DNA from: an uncultured Desulfatitalea sp.
GTDB lineage: Bacteria > Desulfobacterota > Desulfobacteria > Desulfobacterales > Desulfosarcinaceae
Assembly: GCA_963668675.2 (NCBI GenBank)
Contig: CAXXMB010000002.1
Location: 1-64,000, forward strand
Reading direction: 5' to 3'
DNA length: 64,000 nt
In this document: one piece after another, positions 10,161 to 19,846 of the stretch
Layout of the letters: each line of letters begins with the position of its first letter
How positions within the stretch are numbered: position 1 is the stretch's first letter
Position numbers and translations under genes: made by a program
Notes under the pieces: model-generated
Seen by the model: only the letters and a program-made list of their open reading frames with translations
The model's database searches: none
What the model was told of the DNA's origin: nothing

Positions 10161-10598
10161 ATGAAAACCTTCAACAATATTCTCGTTGTCAGCCGTTCCA
10201 CCCAGCATTGTATCAAGGTGCTGCGTACCGGGATTTCCCTGACCCGCAAATTCGGCTCCCGGCTGCATGTTTTGCATATTATACACGACCCTTTCAATCT
10301 AAACGGCTGGAATCTTCCTGTCCCATACCTGGACGATGAATACAAAGCCATGGTTGCCAAGGCACGCGCTGAAATTGACCGGATGGTTCAGCAAGAAAAA
10401 GCCGAAGGGATGGTTATCAGCGAATGGGTCAAAGATGGCAATCCGGTGGATGTCATCGAGCAGACGGTCGAAAGCGAAAACATCGACCTTATTCTCATGC
10501 TGGCCCACCGTGAGGGACTCCTGGAACATTTTCTTTTCGGCAAGACCAATGATGCCATTATCCGCAGATTACCGGCAAACCTGATGCTGATCAGATAA
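10161..10598 (+). CDS. Universal stress protein
   Basis: NILV, LHVLHI, GNPVDVI, DLILM and LEHFLFGKT USP pattern. Confidence 0.88.
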   Translation: MKTFNNILVVSRSTQHCIKVLRTGISLTRKFGSRLHVLHIIHDPFNLNGWNLPVPYLDDEYKAMVAKARAEIDRMVQQEKAEGMVISEWVKDGNPVDVIEQTVESENIDLILMLAHREGLLEHFLFGKTNDAIIRRLPANLMLIR

Positions 10599-10609
10599 GG
10601 AGTCAGGAC

Positions 10610-10984
10610 ATGATGTTTTTTCCCAACGGATTGACAGAATCCAACCCAACCTGCACAGAGCAGTCCGGGGAATCAGATGCCATCATCATCAACGAGGCAC
10701 AGCTGATCCTGGCTGAAAAACGCACCTCGCTGGCGGCCATGCGCACCGGGATCGCCGTTTTCGCTCTTCCACTGTCCGTACTAGGCCTGCTGATCGCCAC
10801 ATCCCGGTACTATGATGTACTGAATGTCCTTCCATTGATTGTGCCTTTGGGCATCATTTTGGCCGCCCTGATCGTTCTGGGAAGTTACCTGATTCTCCGG
10901 TCACTGCGCAACATTCACCGTTACGACCGGTTGATCCTTCAACTGAAGACCTGTCACAGCAAACTGTCTCGGTTTCTTGGTTAG
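10610..10984 (+). CDS. Small membrane protein (DUF202-like)
   Basis: LAEKRTSLAAMRTGIA motif followed by two hydrophobic helices. Confidence 0.7.
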   Translation: MMFFPNGLTESNPTCTEQSGESDAIIINEAQLILAEKRTSLAAMRTGIAVFALPLSVLGLLIATSRYYDVLNVLPLIVPLGIILAALIVLGSYLILRSLRNIHRYDRLILQLKTCHSKLSRFLG

Positions 10985-11046
10985 GAGAAGATAAGACAGA
11001 AACGACCGGCCCATGTCGTAACGGCGGAATTGAAAGGAGCACCAAC

Positions 11047-13560
11047 ATGGAAATCAACCCGATATCGACAAAAGCGGCCCAAAAGGCGTCGATCAAAGAT
11101 CTGATGCAACAACTGGGCACCTCCCCCGAGGGCCTTTCCAACAATGAGGCCCACCGGCGGATCGAACAATTTGGCGCCAATGAAATCACGGAGAAGACCA
11201 TCAGTCCATTGGCCAGATTTCTCACTTTTTTATGGGGCCCGATCCCCTGGATGATCGAAGCGGCCGCAGTTCTCTCGCTCGTTGTCCGGCATTGGGTAGA
11301 CTTCGGCATCATTGTCACCCTGCTGCTGTTCAACGCCGTTGTCGGATTCTGGCAGGAGCATCAGGCCGGAAATGCCGTGGCCGCTCTGAAAAAGAAACTC
11401 GCCCTGAAATGCCGGGTGCTGCGTGATAATGCCTGGCAGCCGCTCAATGCCCGTGAGCTGGTCCCCGGCGATATCATCCGACTGCGGGCCGGGGATATCA
11501 TTCCCGCAGACGCCAAGCTCATAGACGGCGATTACCTCAGTGTGGATCAATCGGCCCTTACCGGCGAATCCCTACCCGCCGGCAAGGAAAACGGCGATGT
11601 GGTCTACTCGGGTTCCATCGCCAAGCAAGGGGAGATGCTCGCCCTGGTCACCACCACCGGCACCCAAACCTATTTCGGCCGCACGGCCAAACTCGTGGAA
11701 GGCGCGGGCAAGGCGTCCCATTTCCAGAAGGCAGTTCTGCAAATCGGTGACTACCTTATCTATTTGAGCATCGGCCTGGTGGCGGTGCTGATCATCGTTC
11801 AGCTTTTCCGCGGAACCAGTTTCACTGAGTTGCTCCAATTTGCCCTGATCCTCACCGTGGCCTCGATACCGGTCGCCATGCCTGCCGTCCTGTCGGTAAC
11901 CATGGCCGTAGGCGCCCTGGCACTCTCCAAAATGAAAGCGATCGTCTCCCGACTGGAATCGGTGGAGGAGATGGCGGGGATGGATATACTCTGTTCCGAT
12001 AAGACCGGGACTCTCACCCAGAATCGTCTCACATTAGGCGATCCACAAACCTTTGACGGCCATGACGCCAATGAACTGATCCTTTCGGCTGCGCTGGCCT
12101 CCAAAGCGGAAAACAACGACAGCATCGATTCGGCCGTGATCAACGCCCTCGACGACCCCGATAAACTAAACAGCTTCGAATCACTGGCGTTCCTCCCCTT
12201 CGATCCGGTAGGCAAGCGAACTGAAGCGGCGATCCGAGATAAGGAGGGCCACCAGTTCAGGGTAACCAAGGGGGCGCCGCAAGTGGTGATGGATTTGGCC
12301 GATCTCGATCCCCAGAAGCGCCATAAAGCCCAGGCGGTAATCGAAGAACTGGCCGGCAAGGGCCAACGAACATTGGGGGTTGCGCGCACCAGTGGTTCGG
12401 AAAACCGATGGCAGTTTTTAGGTATTCTTCCGCTGTTCGATCCGCCACGTGAGGATTCTGCCGAAACCATTGCCCAGGCGCAAAACCATGGCATACAGGT
12501 CAAGATGGTCACCGGCGACAACCTGGCTATCGCTCGGGAAATGGCCGGCAAACTCGGACTGGGCCAGAACATTCGCAACGCCGACCAGCTGTTGAGCGAA
12601 AACCGTTCAACAAGCGGAGATGACCTGGCTGCTCGCACTGAAGCGGCTGACGGCTTCGCGCAAGTGTTTCCCGAGCACAAGCACAGCATCGTCAAATCGC
12701 TCCAGAAGAAGGGGCACATTGTTGGCATGACCGGTGATGGTGTCAATGACGCCCCAGCTCTGAAACAGGCCGACGTGGGCATCGCCGTGAGCGGCGCCAC
12801 CGACGCTGCCCGGGCGGCGGCTGACCTGGTACTTACCGCACCGGGACTTTCAGTGCTGGTGCGTGCCGTTGAAGAGGCACGCCGGATCTTCGAACGCATG
12901 AACAGTTACGCCGTCTACCGCATCACGGAGACTATCCGCATCATGATCTTCGTGGTCCTTGCGATGATCGTCTTCGACTTCTACCCGATCACGGCCATCA
13001 TGATCATCCTGTTGGCTTTTCTCAACGATGTCCCGATCATGACCATCGCTTACGACCATACCGAATTGGAGCCGGGACCGGTACGCTGGGATATGCATCG
13101 CATCATCGCCGTCTCGTCGGTCATGGGCCTGACCGGAGTGGCCGGCAGCTTCCTGATGCTTTTTATCGCTCTCGACCTGCTGCATCTGAGTATTCCCCAG
13201 ATCCAGACCTACATCTTTTTAAAGATGGCGGTTTCCGGTCATCTGACCCTTTTCGTGGCCCGCAGCAAAGGCTTCTTTATGAAAAAGCCCTATCCTGCGC
13301 CGGTAATGGTCTGGTCCGCCCTGGCCACAAAAGTGATCGCTACCCTGCTGGCCCTCTATGGATTTGGCCTGATCACTCCCATCGGCTGGCGCGAAGCCAC
13401 GCTGATCTGGGGCTATTCGATCACCTGGGCCTTTTTAACCGATTGGGTCAAGACGTTGGTCTATCAACATTTCAATCTTCGTGGTCAGCGTCATGAACAG
13501 TTTTTGGAAACGGTCCACCACCATCTGACACCGCATTCGATGCAAGGGGGAGCTCATTAA
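11047..13560 (+). CDS. Plasma-membrane-type proton-efflux P-type ATPase (P3A)
   Basis: WGPIPWMIEAA, TGES, IPVAMPAVLSVTMA, CSDKTGT, KGAPQV, FDPPR, TGDGVNDAPALK, FERMNSY..YRI and TM6 LNDVP. Confidence 0.92.
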   Translation: MEINPISTKAAQKASIKDLMQQLGTSPEGLSNNEAHRRIEQFGANEITEKTISPLARFLTFLWGPIPWMIEAAAVLSLVVRHWVDFGIIVTLLLFNAVVGFWQEHQAGNAVAALKKKLALKCRVLRDNAWQPLNARELVPGDIIRLRAGDIIPADAKLIDGDYLSVDQSALTGESLPAGKENGDVVYSGSIAKQGEMLALVTTTGTQTYFGRTAKLVEGAGKASHFQKAVLQIGDYLIYLSIGLVAVLIIVQLFRGTSFTELLQFALILTVASIPVAMPAVLSVTMAVGALALSKMKAIVSRLESVEEMAGMDILCSDKTGTLTQNRLTLGDPQTFDGHDANELILSAALASKAENNDSIDSAVINALDDPDKLNSFESLAFLPFDPVGKRTEAAIRDKEGHQFRVTKGAPQVVMDLADLDPQKRHKAQAVIEELAGKGQRTLGVARTSGSENRWQFLGILPLFDPPREDSAETIAQAQNHGIQVKMVTGDNLAIAREMAGKLGLGQNIRNADQLLSENRSTSGDDLAARTEAADGFAQVFPEHKHSIVKSLQKKGHIVGMTGDGVNDAPALKQADVGIAVSGATDAARAAADLVLTAPGLSVLVRAVEEARRIFERMNSYAVYRITETIRIMIFVVLAMIVFDFYPITAIMIILLAFLNDVPIMTIAYDHTELEPGPVRWDMHRIIAVSSVMGLTGVAGSFLMLFIALDLLHLSIPQIQTYIFLKMAVSGHLTLFVARSKGFFMKKPYPAPVMVWSALATKVIATLLALYGFGLITPIGWREATLIWGYSITWAFLTDWVKTLVYQHFNLRGQRHEQFLETVHHHLTPHSMQGGAH

Positions 13561-13628
13561 TAGAATGCAGCAAGTGCAGTCATTGCCATGCTGCACCCAC
13601 TTTTCGATGAAAACGCTTCTCGTCAAGC

Positions 13629-14420
13629 ATGAAAAAGGCAGGCCGCTTTATGGAAAACACTCCGAAGCCGAATTATCTTGTCGGTTTTTACTTCTCGATT
13701 TTGTTGATATTGCTGTTGCTGGTCAGCACCACGCCCCTGTTGATAAGGCACGGGCTCTCTCTCTCCGACCATTTCGTTATCGAAGAAGAGGTTCTTGAAA
13801 CCGCCATGATTCTTTCCCTCTTCGGGCTTTCGATACTGATTCTGGTTCGTATAGTGAAGCGTCTCGACGCCTACAGGCAGCAGGTGAAAACGGTGGTGAA
13901 CGAAAAATCCAGACTGACCTCGCGACTGGTGGACGCATTTCGTTACATCGGCAAAGTCAATGTGGAGATCCACGAGATCGAGTTGGCCCTCTGTGGGGTA
14001 GCGTGCTATCCGCAAAGCAAAAAAGAATTTAAACGGCTTGTCGATCAATTGGCCTTAAGAGCCTTGACCATAGCTGCGGCGCCCTGGCTGCTCGTCCGCA
14101 TGGTCGACCGGCGGAGCGGCCACACCGTCAACGAACATGCCGTCCGGCATCCCGGCGGTACTCTCCCATCCATCACAATAGGAAATCGGGCGCTTCTCGC
14201 CGGTGAACCGTGTGACGGCCTGCAGACGATCGGACCGCGGCAGAAAAATTTTGATCTGGTGACCGTATTTATCCTACCAGCGGTCGAACTAGAGAAGGAA
14301 AAGAGTGTTCTCCTTACCGCTATTTTAAACCAGATTGAAATGCTATTCATCCTCTATCGCGCCGGCTGCATCAAACCCATGCACGGCAGTACAACTAAAC
14401 CCAAAGGAGATCAGCCATGA
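13629..14420 (+). CDS. Hypothetical membrane protein (2 TM plus cytoplasmic domain)
   Basis: 263 aa ORF in operon orientation; overlaps the next start; real start may be 13650. Confidence 0.65.
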   Translation: MKKAGRFMENTPKPNYLVGFYFSILLILLLLVSTTPLLIRHGLSLSDHFVIEEEVLETAMILSLFGLSILILVRIVKRLDAYRQQVKTVVNEKSRLTSRLVDAFRYIGKVNVEIHEIELALCGVACYPQSKKEFKRLVDQLALRALTIAAAPWLLVRMVDRRSGHTVNEHAVRHPGGTLPSITIGNRALLAGEPCDGLQTIGPRQKNFDLVTVFILPAVELEKEKSVLLTAILNQIEMLFILYRAGCIKPMHGSTTKPKGDQP

Positions 14421-14881
14421 TTCCAATCACTCAAATCCATCCCATGCTGGTCCACTTTCCTATCGTTCTGTGGATCACTTCAGAAGTCATCACCGTGGGG
14501 GTCTTGTCGCGAGGCGGCGATCCAAGCGCACACCAGAAATGGTCAACGGTCGCATTTTACAGCCTTGTGGCCGGCACCGCGTTTGCTTGTGTAGCAGCCT
14601 TCTTCGGCGATATCGCTCTGGACCACGCCGTAGCAGCGGGTTTTGCCCCAGGGCCGCTGGAACTTCATGAAACTGTTGCAATCACTACTTTGTGTGTTTT
14701 TGTGCTGCACGCTGCGTTGCGGTGGCTGGCCATCCGGCGCGAGTACCCGCTTACCGGAAAACGCGGCTGGCTGGCTGAAATACCAGGCTTTGTCGGCCTC
14801 ATCGGCCTTTTCGTGACCGCCTACCTTGGCGGGGAACTGGTTTACCATCTGGGCGTCAATGTGGCCGCCACGCTTCATTGA
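14417..14881 (+). CDS. DUF2231-like membrane protein
   Basis: HPMLVHFPI, LELHE and TAYLGGELVYHLGV motifs. Confidence 0.85.
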   Translation: MIPITQIHPMLVHFPIVLWITSEVITVGVLSRGGDPSAHQKWSTVAFYSLVAGTAFACVAAFFGDIALDHAVAAGFAPGPLELHETVAITTLCVFVLHAALRWLAIRREYPLTGKRGWLAEIPGFVGLIGLFVTAYLGGELVYHLGVNVAATLH

Positions 14882-14926
14882 TCATTGACCGCCAACCCCT
14901 TTTCAATCCTTGAGGCAGAAATTACC

Positions 14927-15331
14927 ATGAGTAAAAAACCGCTAAAAAAGCTCATAATTGTTCAAATTCTGGTTCTGATTCTCTTTCTGACCCTTACAAC
15001 GACGAATGAGATACTCGACCTGCCTCACCTTCTGATGGGGGACCAGGCAACCACATGGAATCAGCGCAGTGGTGAAATCGCCATTGAAGTAGTGATTTTC
15101 AGCTTGATCATTGCCCTGGAGGTAGTACTTTTTCGGCGGTTGTTTGACCGGATCCGCATCCTCGAAGGGTTTCTGCCAATTTGCGCCAGCTGCAAAAAAA
15201 TCCGCAGTGAAAACCAGTGGGAACAGATTGAGGCATATATCAGCCGGCATTCGCTGGTCTCCTTCTCACACTCGATCTGTCCGGATTGCCGGGAAAAACT
15301 TTATCCCGAACTTCGGGGATCCAAAGACTGA
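14927..15331 (+). CDS. Membrane protein with C-terminal Cys-rich signalling tail
   Basis: Two TM helices then LEGFLPICASCKKIR...WEQIEAYI...SHSICPDC. Confidence 0.75.
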   Translation: MSKKPLKKLIIVQILVLILFLTLTTTNEILDLPHLLMGDQATTWNQRSGEIAIEVVIFSLIIALEVVLFRRLFDRIRILEGFLPICASCKKIRSENQWEQIEAYISRHSLVSFSHSICPDCREKLYPELRGSKD

Positions 15332-15532
15332 ATCGCGTATCCGAATCCTTCCTTTGCCAAGGCTTCAGTCGTCTTGTCGATGGCTTCATGTGAACTACCG
15401 GGAGGTTTGAAACCAAGCGGGATATTCCACGATAGGCTGGTATTTGCTGGGAAAAGATTAGCAATTCATTCAGTTATACAAAGTTTTTGATGAACGAATT
15501 GCCAAGCCGGTATAATAAAGTGGAATAGTTTC

Positions 15533-15583
15533 GATTTGATCTGACAGACACCTTATCAAAATCGGTAACTGTCAGATCAAATC
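15533..15583. repeat. Palindromic miniature element at the distal end of the cassette array
   Basis: Perfect 15-bp inverted repeat GATTTGATCTGACAG / CTGTCAGATCAAATC with a 21-nt spacer. Confidence 0.7.
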
Positions 15584-15781
15584 TGAACTTCTACAAATAA
15601 TGCTATCTGGTGATAATATCTGGAACCTCTTATGTGCCTGATATAACGCACTGACTGAAATGAGCAAACTAATAATAATTACAAATAGAGCTTTGACCTT
15701 TTTCTTTCGGAACTCTGCAGGACTCATATTTTGATTTTTATCTGTTGATTCCTGTACGGCACAATCTGAATTAACATCCAT
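15572..15781 (-). pseudogene. Distal remnant of cassette 4 (one TM helix), beyond the IS
   Basis: AT-rich 69-codon ORF immediately past the IS, on the same strand as the cassettes. Ends inside the palindromic element; no attC found. Confidence 0.45.
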
Positions 15782-15791
15782 ATATTAATTA

Positions 15792-17464
15792 GGGCTTCCT
15801 GAATAATCCGTGACCCCAACGTTGCTCTGTGCCCAATGCCCGATTAGATACACGTAGTCGCAAATTTGTCCGATCTTAACTGTATCTGCGGGCTTTGAAT
15901 GCGACTGTTATCGTCAAAACTGAACCTATGGAGAAGTAAAAGGAAACAAAAAAGAAGGCTATTGAGCCACTTCTCTAAATTCATCACCAAAAATACTACA
16001 GCTATGGCAGTCTCAGATGTGCTGTCCAGCTTGCTCATGATCTTTGACAAACTGAATCGACGCTTTCCCTGTCCAAATTTTCCTTCAATGGGGATACGAT
16101 CAAGTTCATCCTGCCGGGCCTGCTTCTGTATCGCTTTGCGGACTTCGGTATCGGAAGGTGGCCGCCCCAGTGCAGGGCCGGATAACCGGATGCCGTGCTT
16201 TTTACAGAACTTGATGTTGTCCCTGTTGCGATAGATCTTGTCGGCATGAATTGAGGCGGGATAACAACCAAAGCGGTCTTTGTATGCTTGCGCCTGTTTG
16301 ATTAAATCAGCCGACTCGTTATATGCATCCCAGTTCAATCGGTCCAAAAAGCAGTATCCGTCAACCGCGCTGACTGATATCTTGGCTCCAAATTCCGTAG
16401 CAGCTCCTGCCTTGCCACGTTTAATGGGCCGAACATGCGGTTGGTAGATGTTGACAATACGATCATCGATTCTTTTGACCTTCTGATCATACATCCACTT
16501 TTGCTGGCGATACACTTCATTGATGACCAACAACAGCTTGTACATGCGCTTTTTAAGCATCAACAACGATGAAATCTGCGATAACTTGTCGATCGTTTTA
16601 AGATTACGCCTCAGATAGCCCAGTTGTTGACGTATGGCCTTGCGCATTTTGCTCTTCGGCACCTTCTTGCTTTTTGCAATGGCAAGAAACTGTTTTCGTG
16701 CTTTTTTGCGATAGGTGCGCGGTTTTTTAAGTTTGCCTCTGTGGGGTCGGTGCAAAACATCAATAATTTTTTCGCTTTTTTCTCTGGCCTCATTGAGTAT
16801 TTTCAGATCGGTAGGGAAAGTAATGTCGGCCGGTGTGCAGGTCGCATCAATCAACAATTTACCACTGTTTGGCTTTTTCCCATCAGCGCCACCGCCACTG
16901 TTGTCTTTACCGTCATCTTTCGCATTTTTTTTGACCGATCTTGCTTTGTGATTCACAGTTTCGATGATCTGGCAAATGGCTTTCTTGCCGAAACGCTTTC
17001 TAAAATGAACAAACATTGTGGAGTGAAATGGTTCTTCATCACGATAGTCCGTAAAGCCTAAAAAGTATTGCAGGTAAGGGTTTTCGCGAATCTGCTCGAC
17101 GGTCTCTTCATCTGAGGTGCCAAGCTTTTCCTTTATGATCAACGCACCCAATGCAATACGTACCGACATCGCCGGTGGCCCTAATCCGGAACCTGACAGC
17201 TTCTTTGCATAGGCCTCTTCAAATTCTTCCCAGGGAATAAATTTGGCCAGTTTTACCCATCGATTATCACTTCGTAATTTTCCATCAAAAGGAAGGTTGA
17301 AATTTTCAAATTCCAGTTGCTTCAGATTGTGTTTGTACATGGTTTTCCCGGGCAAAAAGTGCAAGGTTATTTGTGGTTTTCGGTGAGTTCTCGATCACTT
17401 TTTGTCCTGTTTATAACATATTTTTGTTGCGTTTACAATACCTTACACTTAATTCAGGAAGCCC
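15792..17464 (-). mobile_element. IS5-family insertion sequence, about 1.67 kb
   Basis: 13-bp terminal inverted repeats GGGCTTCCTGAAT. Flanked by TAATTA on both sides (15786-15791 and 17465-17470); exact ends are ambiguous because the target is palindromic. Confidence 0.9.
15844..17340 (-). CDS. IS5-family DDE transposase
   Basis: DEETVEQIRENPYLQYFLG, LIDATCTPADI, RPIKRGK...EFGAK, HADKIY and R.PIEGKFGQGKR motifs; ORF intact. Confidence 0.93.
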   Translation of the reverse strand: MYKHNLKQLEFENFNLPFDGKLRSDNRWVKLAKFIPWEEFEEAYAKKLSGSGLGPPAMSVRIALGALIIKEKLGTSDEETVEQIRENPYLQYFLGFTDYRDEEPFHSTMFVHFRKRFGKKAICQIIETVNHKARSVKKNAKDDGKDNSGGGADGKKPNSGKLLIDATCTPADITFPTDLKILNEAREKSEKIIDVLHRPHRGKLKKPRTYRKKARKQFLAIAKSKKVPKSKMRKAIRQQLGYLRRNLKTIDKLSQISSLLMLKKRMYKLLLVINEVYRQQKWMYDQKVKRIDDRIVNIYQPHVRPIKRGKAGAATEFGAKISVSAVDGYCFLDRLNWDAYNESADLIKQAQAYKDRFGCYPASIHADKIYRNRDNIKFCKKHGIRLSGPALGRPPSDTEVRKAIQKQARQDELDRIPIEGKFGQGKRRFSLSKIMSKLDSTSETAIAVVFLVMNLEKWLNSLLFCFLLLLHRFSFDDNSRIQSPQIQLRSDKFATTCI

Positions 17465-17550
17465 TAATTAATTCCGTCCTCGAATCCACAAACACACCTT
17501 ATTAGCGATTCATCATTTTCGTTCTCGCATTCAGGGCATTTCCAAGGCAT
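17464..17550 (-). pseudogene. 5' fragment of cassette 4 gene, zinc-ribbon peptide, cut by the IS
   Basis: GAGGA RBS then MPWKCPECENENDESLIRCVCGFEDGIN*, with the stop at the IS junction. RanBP2-like W-x-C-x2-C-x3-N-x6-C pattern. Confidence 0.6.
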
Positions 17551-17580
17551 TTATTCCTCTCTCTTTAATTGCTACAATTA

Positions 17581-17654
17581 TATTAACGTTGCAAATAACC
17601 GGTGCAAATGAAGCGCAGCGGAATTTGCATCCGAGTTAATTTGCCTTGTTGTGC
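17581..17654 (-). other. attC site of cassette 3 (74 bp)
   Basis: Minus strand GCACAAC (R'') ... GCAAATTAACTCGGATGCAAAT-loop-ATTTGCACCGGTTATTTGC ... GTTAATA (R'): imperfect palindrome with extrahelical bases. Confidence 0.9.
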
Positions 17655-18187
17655 TTGTTTTCATCTATTTTTCTTAATTCAGTGATGACATTTTGAGCTG
17701 CAAAGAATAAATCAGATAACTCATCCTTTTCATTGTTTAAGTCATCTTCCAAAGCTGTATATGAACGAACCCCGTCAAAGGTTATAAAATAGAATATTAC
17801 CTTTCCTGATTCAGGCTTCGGGAAAGTCTTTACCTTTTGTGCTTTTTTGTAGAAGTGCTGAGCTCCAGATAAAAAATAACTGGATGCCTTGCGCACATTC
17901 TCATGCTCACCGCCACCGATTATTCCACCTCCAGAACTGAAATAGAGACTTGTACTCCCATCCGCTACAGATGATAGGGTGAATGAGCCTTCAGGAAAAC
18001 CGGTCTCCATAACTATAGCGAATACAGGATGGGAGAAATTTTCCTTCGTTATTCCAATATCTTTAGGATTAAGGGACAAAACCATCGATCGTAGTTCATC
18101 GGTCATCTGACTGGGCGTTACATCTTGGGCCATTGAAGGTCCTCCAAGTACTATAACTATAAATATACTGATGATTAGCTGCTTCAC
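17636..18187 (-). CDS. Cassette 3: secreted hypothetical protein
   Basis: GTG start with AAGGA RBS right after the R' box; signal peptide (..PSMA/Q); DGSTSLYFSSGGGIIGGG motif; ends within attC. Confidence 0.85.
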   Translation of the reverse strand: MKQLIISIFIVIVLGGPSMAQDVTPSQMTDELRSMVLSLNPKDIGITKENFSHPVFAIVMETGFPEGSFTLSSVADGSTSLYFSSGGGIIGGGEHENVRKASSYFLSGAQHFYKKAQKVKTFPKPESGKVIFYFITFDGVRSYTALEDDLNNEKDELSDLFFAAQNVITELRKIDENKHNKAN

Positions 18188-18207
18188 TATGTTTCCTTTT
18201 TAATTGA

Positions 18208-18269
18208 GCACAACGCATGCGTCACGGGCGGCATGTTCCTCGCCGTCCCTGTGAACGCGGTGGTTAAGA
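18208..18269 (-). other. attC site of cassette 2 (62 bp)
   Basis: Minus strand TCTTAAC ... GCGTTCACAGGGACGGC-loop-GCCGCCCGTGACGC ... GTTGTGC. Confidence 0.9.
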
Positions 18270-18986
18270 GCCTTTTTTCTCCTTAATGGCTTGCACCTCT
18301 TCCCAATAAGATTCGTACTGCCTTATGTATTCCTCAACTCCATAAAAGTCTATTGAGACTGCACCATTTGCAAATAATTCTTTATCATCTATTTCATCCA
18401 TTGGGTCATCTTGATCCTTCCGCCATCTTGAAAAACTAAATATAACAGCTATAGAGTTTCTAGAAACTGCATCACCTTCATAAGGATCACCACTTGGCAT
18501 AAAGTAGGTGGTTGTAAAATTATCTTTGTTCTGGCCCAATAATGAATAGAATTGAAGCCTCCAATATTCCTCATGCTCATCAGCGATTGATATGTGTTCA
18601 TTCTGGGTTATCAAGGACTTCATCTTATTATATCTTATCAACATTCTCGCAGTTGATAGCCATAACAGCCTATCGCTCGGTGGTGGATCCGTGGCTACAC
18701 CCGATTGAGTGAATATTGCATAGGCCCGCTCAAGCAATAATTTCGACTCATCTAAATATTTTTGAGAGACCTTTCGAATATCCTCATCCTTTTGACGATT
18801 TACATTTGACCGATAAACTGTGAATGCGACAATGGCACTTGCCCCAACGGCCAATGAGCCGAAAGCTTGAATAACGGAAAGATTAGACTGAACTATTTTT
18901 AAAAATGGAATTTCAGGCAGAAAAGAGGAACAAAAAACTGCAACTATAAGGGTTAGCAATATTCCTAATAAAAAGCCGAGAAACAT
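18264..18986 (-). CDS. Cassette 2: membrane-anchored hypothetical protein
   Basis: 240 aa, two N-terminal hydrophobic helices, low GC; stop codon lies in the R'' box. Confidence 0.85.
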   Translation of the reverse strand: MFLGFLLGILLTLIVAVFCSSFLPEIPFLKIVQSNLSVIQAFGSLAVGASAIVAFTVYRSNVNRQKDEDIRKVSQKYLDESKLLLERAYAIFTQSGVATDPPPSDRLLWLSTARMLIRYNKMKSLITQNEHISIADEHEEYWRLQFYSLLGQNKDNFTTTYFMPSGDPYEGDAVSRNSIAVIFSFSRWRKDQDDPMDEIDDKELFANGAVSIDFYGVEEYIRQYESYWEEVQAIKEKKGS

Positions 18987-19015
18987 AAGACAAAGTTTCC
19001 TTTTTTGACGTGAGC

Positions 19016-19075
19016 TCTTAACGCGTTGCTCACGGGTCGCGGTCCTTTTCGATCCCGTGAAATAAATTGTTACAC
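19016..19075 (-). other. attC site of cassette 1 (60 bp)
   Basis: Minus strand GTGTAAC ... TCACGGGATCG-loop-CGACCCGTGA ... GTTAAGA. Confidence 0.88.
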
Positions 19076-19789
19076 GTTGCTTGCTTTAATATAGATATGC
19101 ACAACAGATGAATTTTTGTCTGATTTCCGTCTATCCACTTCAATAAAAGACAATGACTCAACCAACTTTCCCAACTTTTCATACCCATAATTTCTTGGGT
19201 CAAATGATGGATATTTTTTGTTTATATATCCTCCAACAGCGGAAAGAGGTGCCCAATCATCATCTTTAGATACTGCATTAGTTGCCGATACCAGTACGGA
19301 TTTTAATTCTGTCTTGTCGGATTCATTTGGTGCGCTGCTCTCACTCTGCGGTCTAAGTATTTCTGTATATACGAATTTGTCACATGCAGAAACAAATGCC
19401 TCTGGCGTTTTCTTTTCACCAAATCCATAAACAGTTAACCCGGATTCCCGGATTCTTGTGGCAAGTCTTGTAAAATCACTGTCAGATGAGACCAGGCAGA
19501 AGCCATCGAGTCTTCCTTCATGAAGTAAATCCATAGAATCAATAATAAGAGATGAATCCGTTGAGTTTTTGCCTATTGTATAGCTGAATTGCTGAATGGG
19601 CTGAATTGCATGTTTATGCAAGTGATCTTTCCATCCTTTGAGATTTGTAGTTGTCCAATCACCATATGCGCGTTTTACACTAGCTATGCCAAACTTGGCA
19701 ATCTCAGCTAAAAGTTCAGAACAAATTGAAGCTTGAGCATTATCTGCATCGATCATAACCGCAAGTTTCTGGTTTTCACTATTGGCCAT
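19070..19789 (-). CDS. Cassette 1: NYN-domain (PIN-like) protein with C-terminal OST-HTH/LOTUS domain
   Basis: AVMIDADN, KRAYGDW, GKNSTD, VSSDSDFT, and WAPLSAVG...FDPRNYGYEKL. Confidence 0.92.
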   Translation of the reverse strand: MANSENQKLAVMIDADNAQASICSELLAEIAKFGIASVKRAYGDWTTTNLKGWKDHLHKHAIQPIQQFSYTIGKNSTDSSLIIDSMDLLHEGRLDGFCLVSSDSDFTRLATRIRESGLTVYGFGEKKTPEAFVSACDKFVYTEILRPQSESSAPNESDKTELKSVLVSATNAVSKDDDWAPLSAVGGYINKKYPSFDPRNYGYEKLGKLVESLSFIEVDRRKSDKNSSVVHIYIKASNV

Positions 19790-19805
19790 AAGTTATCCCT
19801 TCTTC

Positions 19806-19846
19806 GTGTAACATTGATAATAAATAGACGTCTATTTTACGTTCCA
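19806..19846 (-). other. Putative attI site
   Basis: GTTACAC core (19812-19806) lies 16 bp before the first cassette gene and is exactly complementary to that cassette's R'' GTGTAAC. No attC hairpin upstream; located between the array and the divergent intI. Confidence 0.75.

Noticed and set aside
17581..19075. CRISPR-like or terminator interpretation of the intergenic palindromes
   Set aside because: They are not identical repeats with spacers and lack U-tails; the R''/R' boxes and gene-sized spacing fit attC sites.
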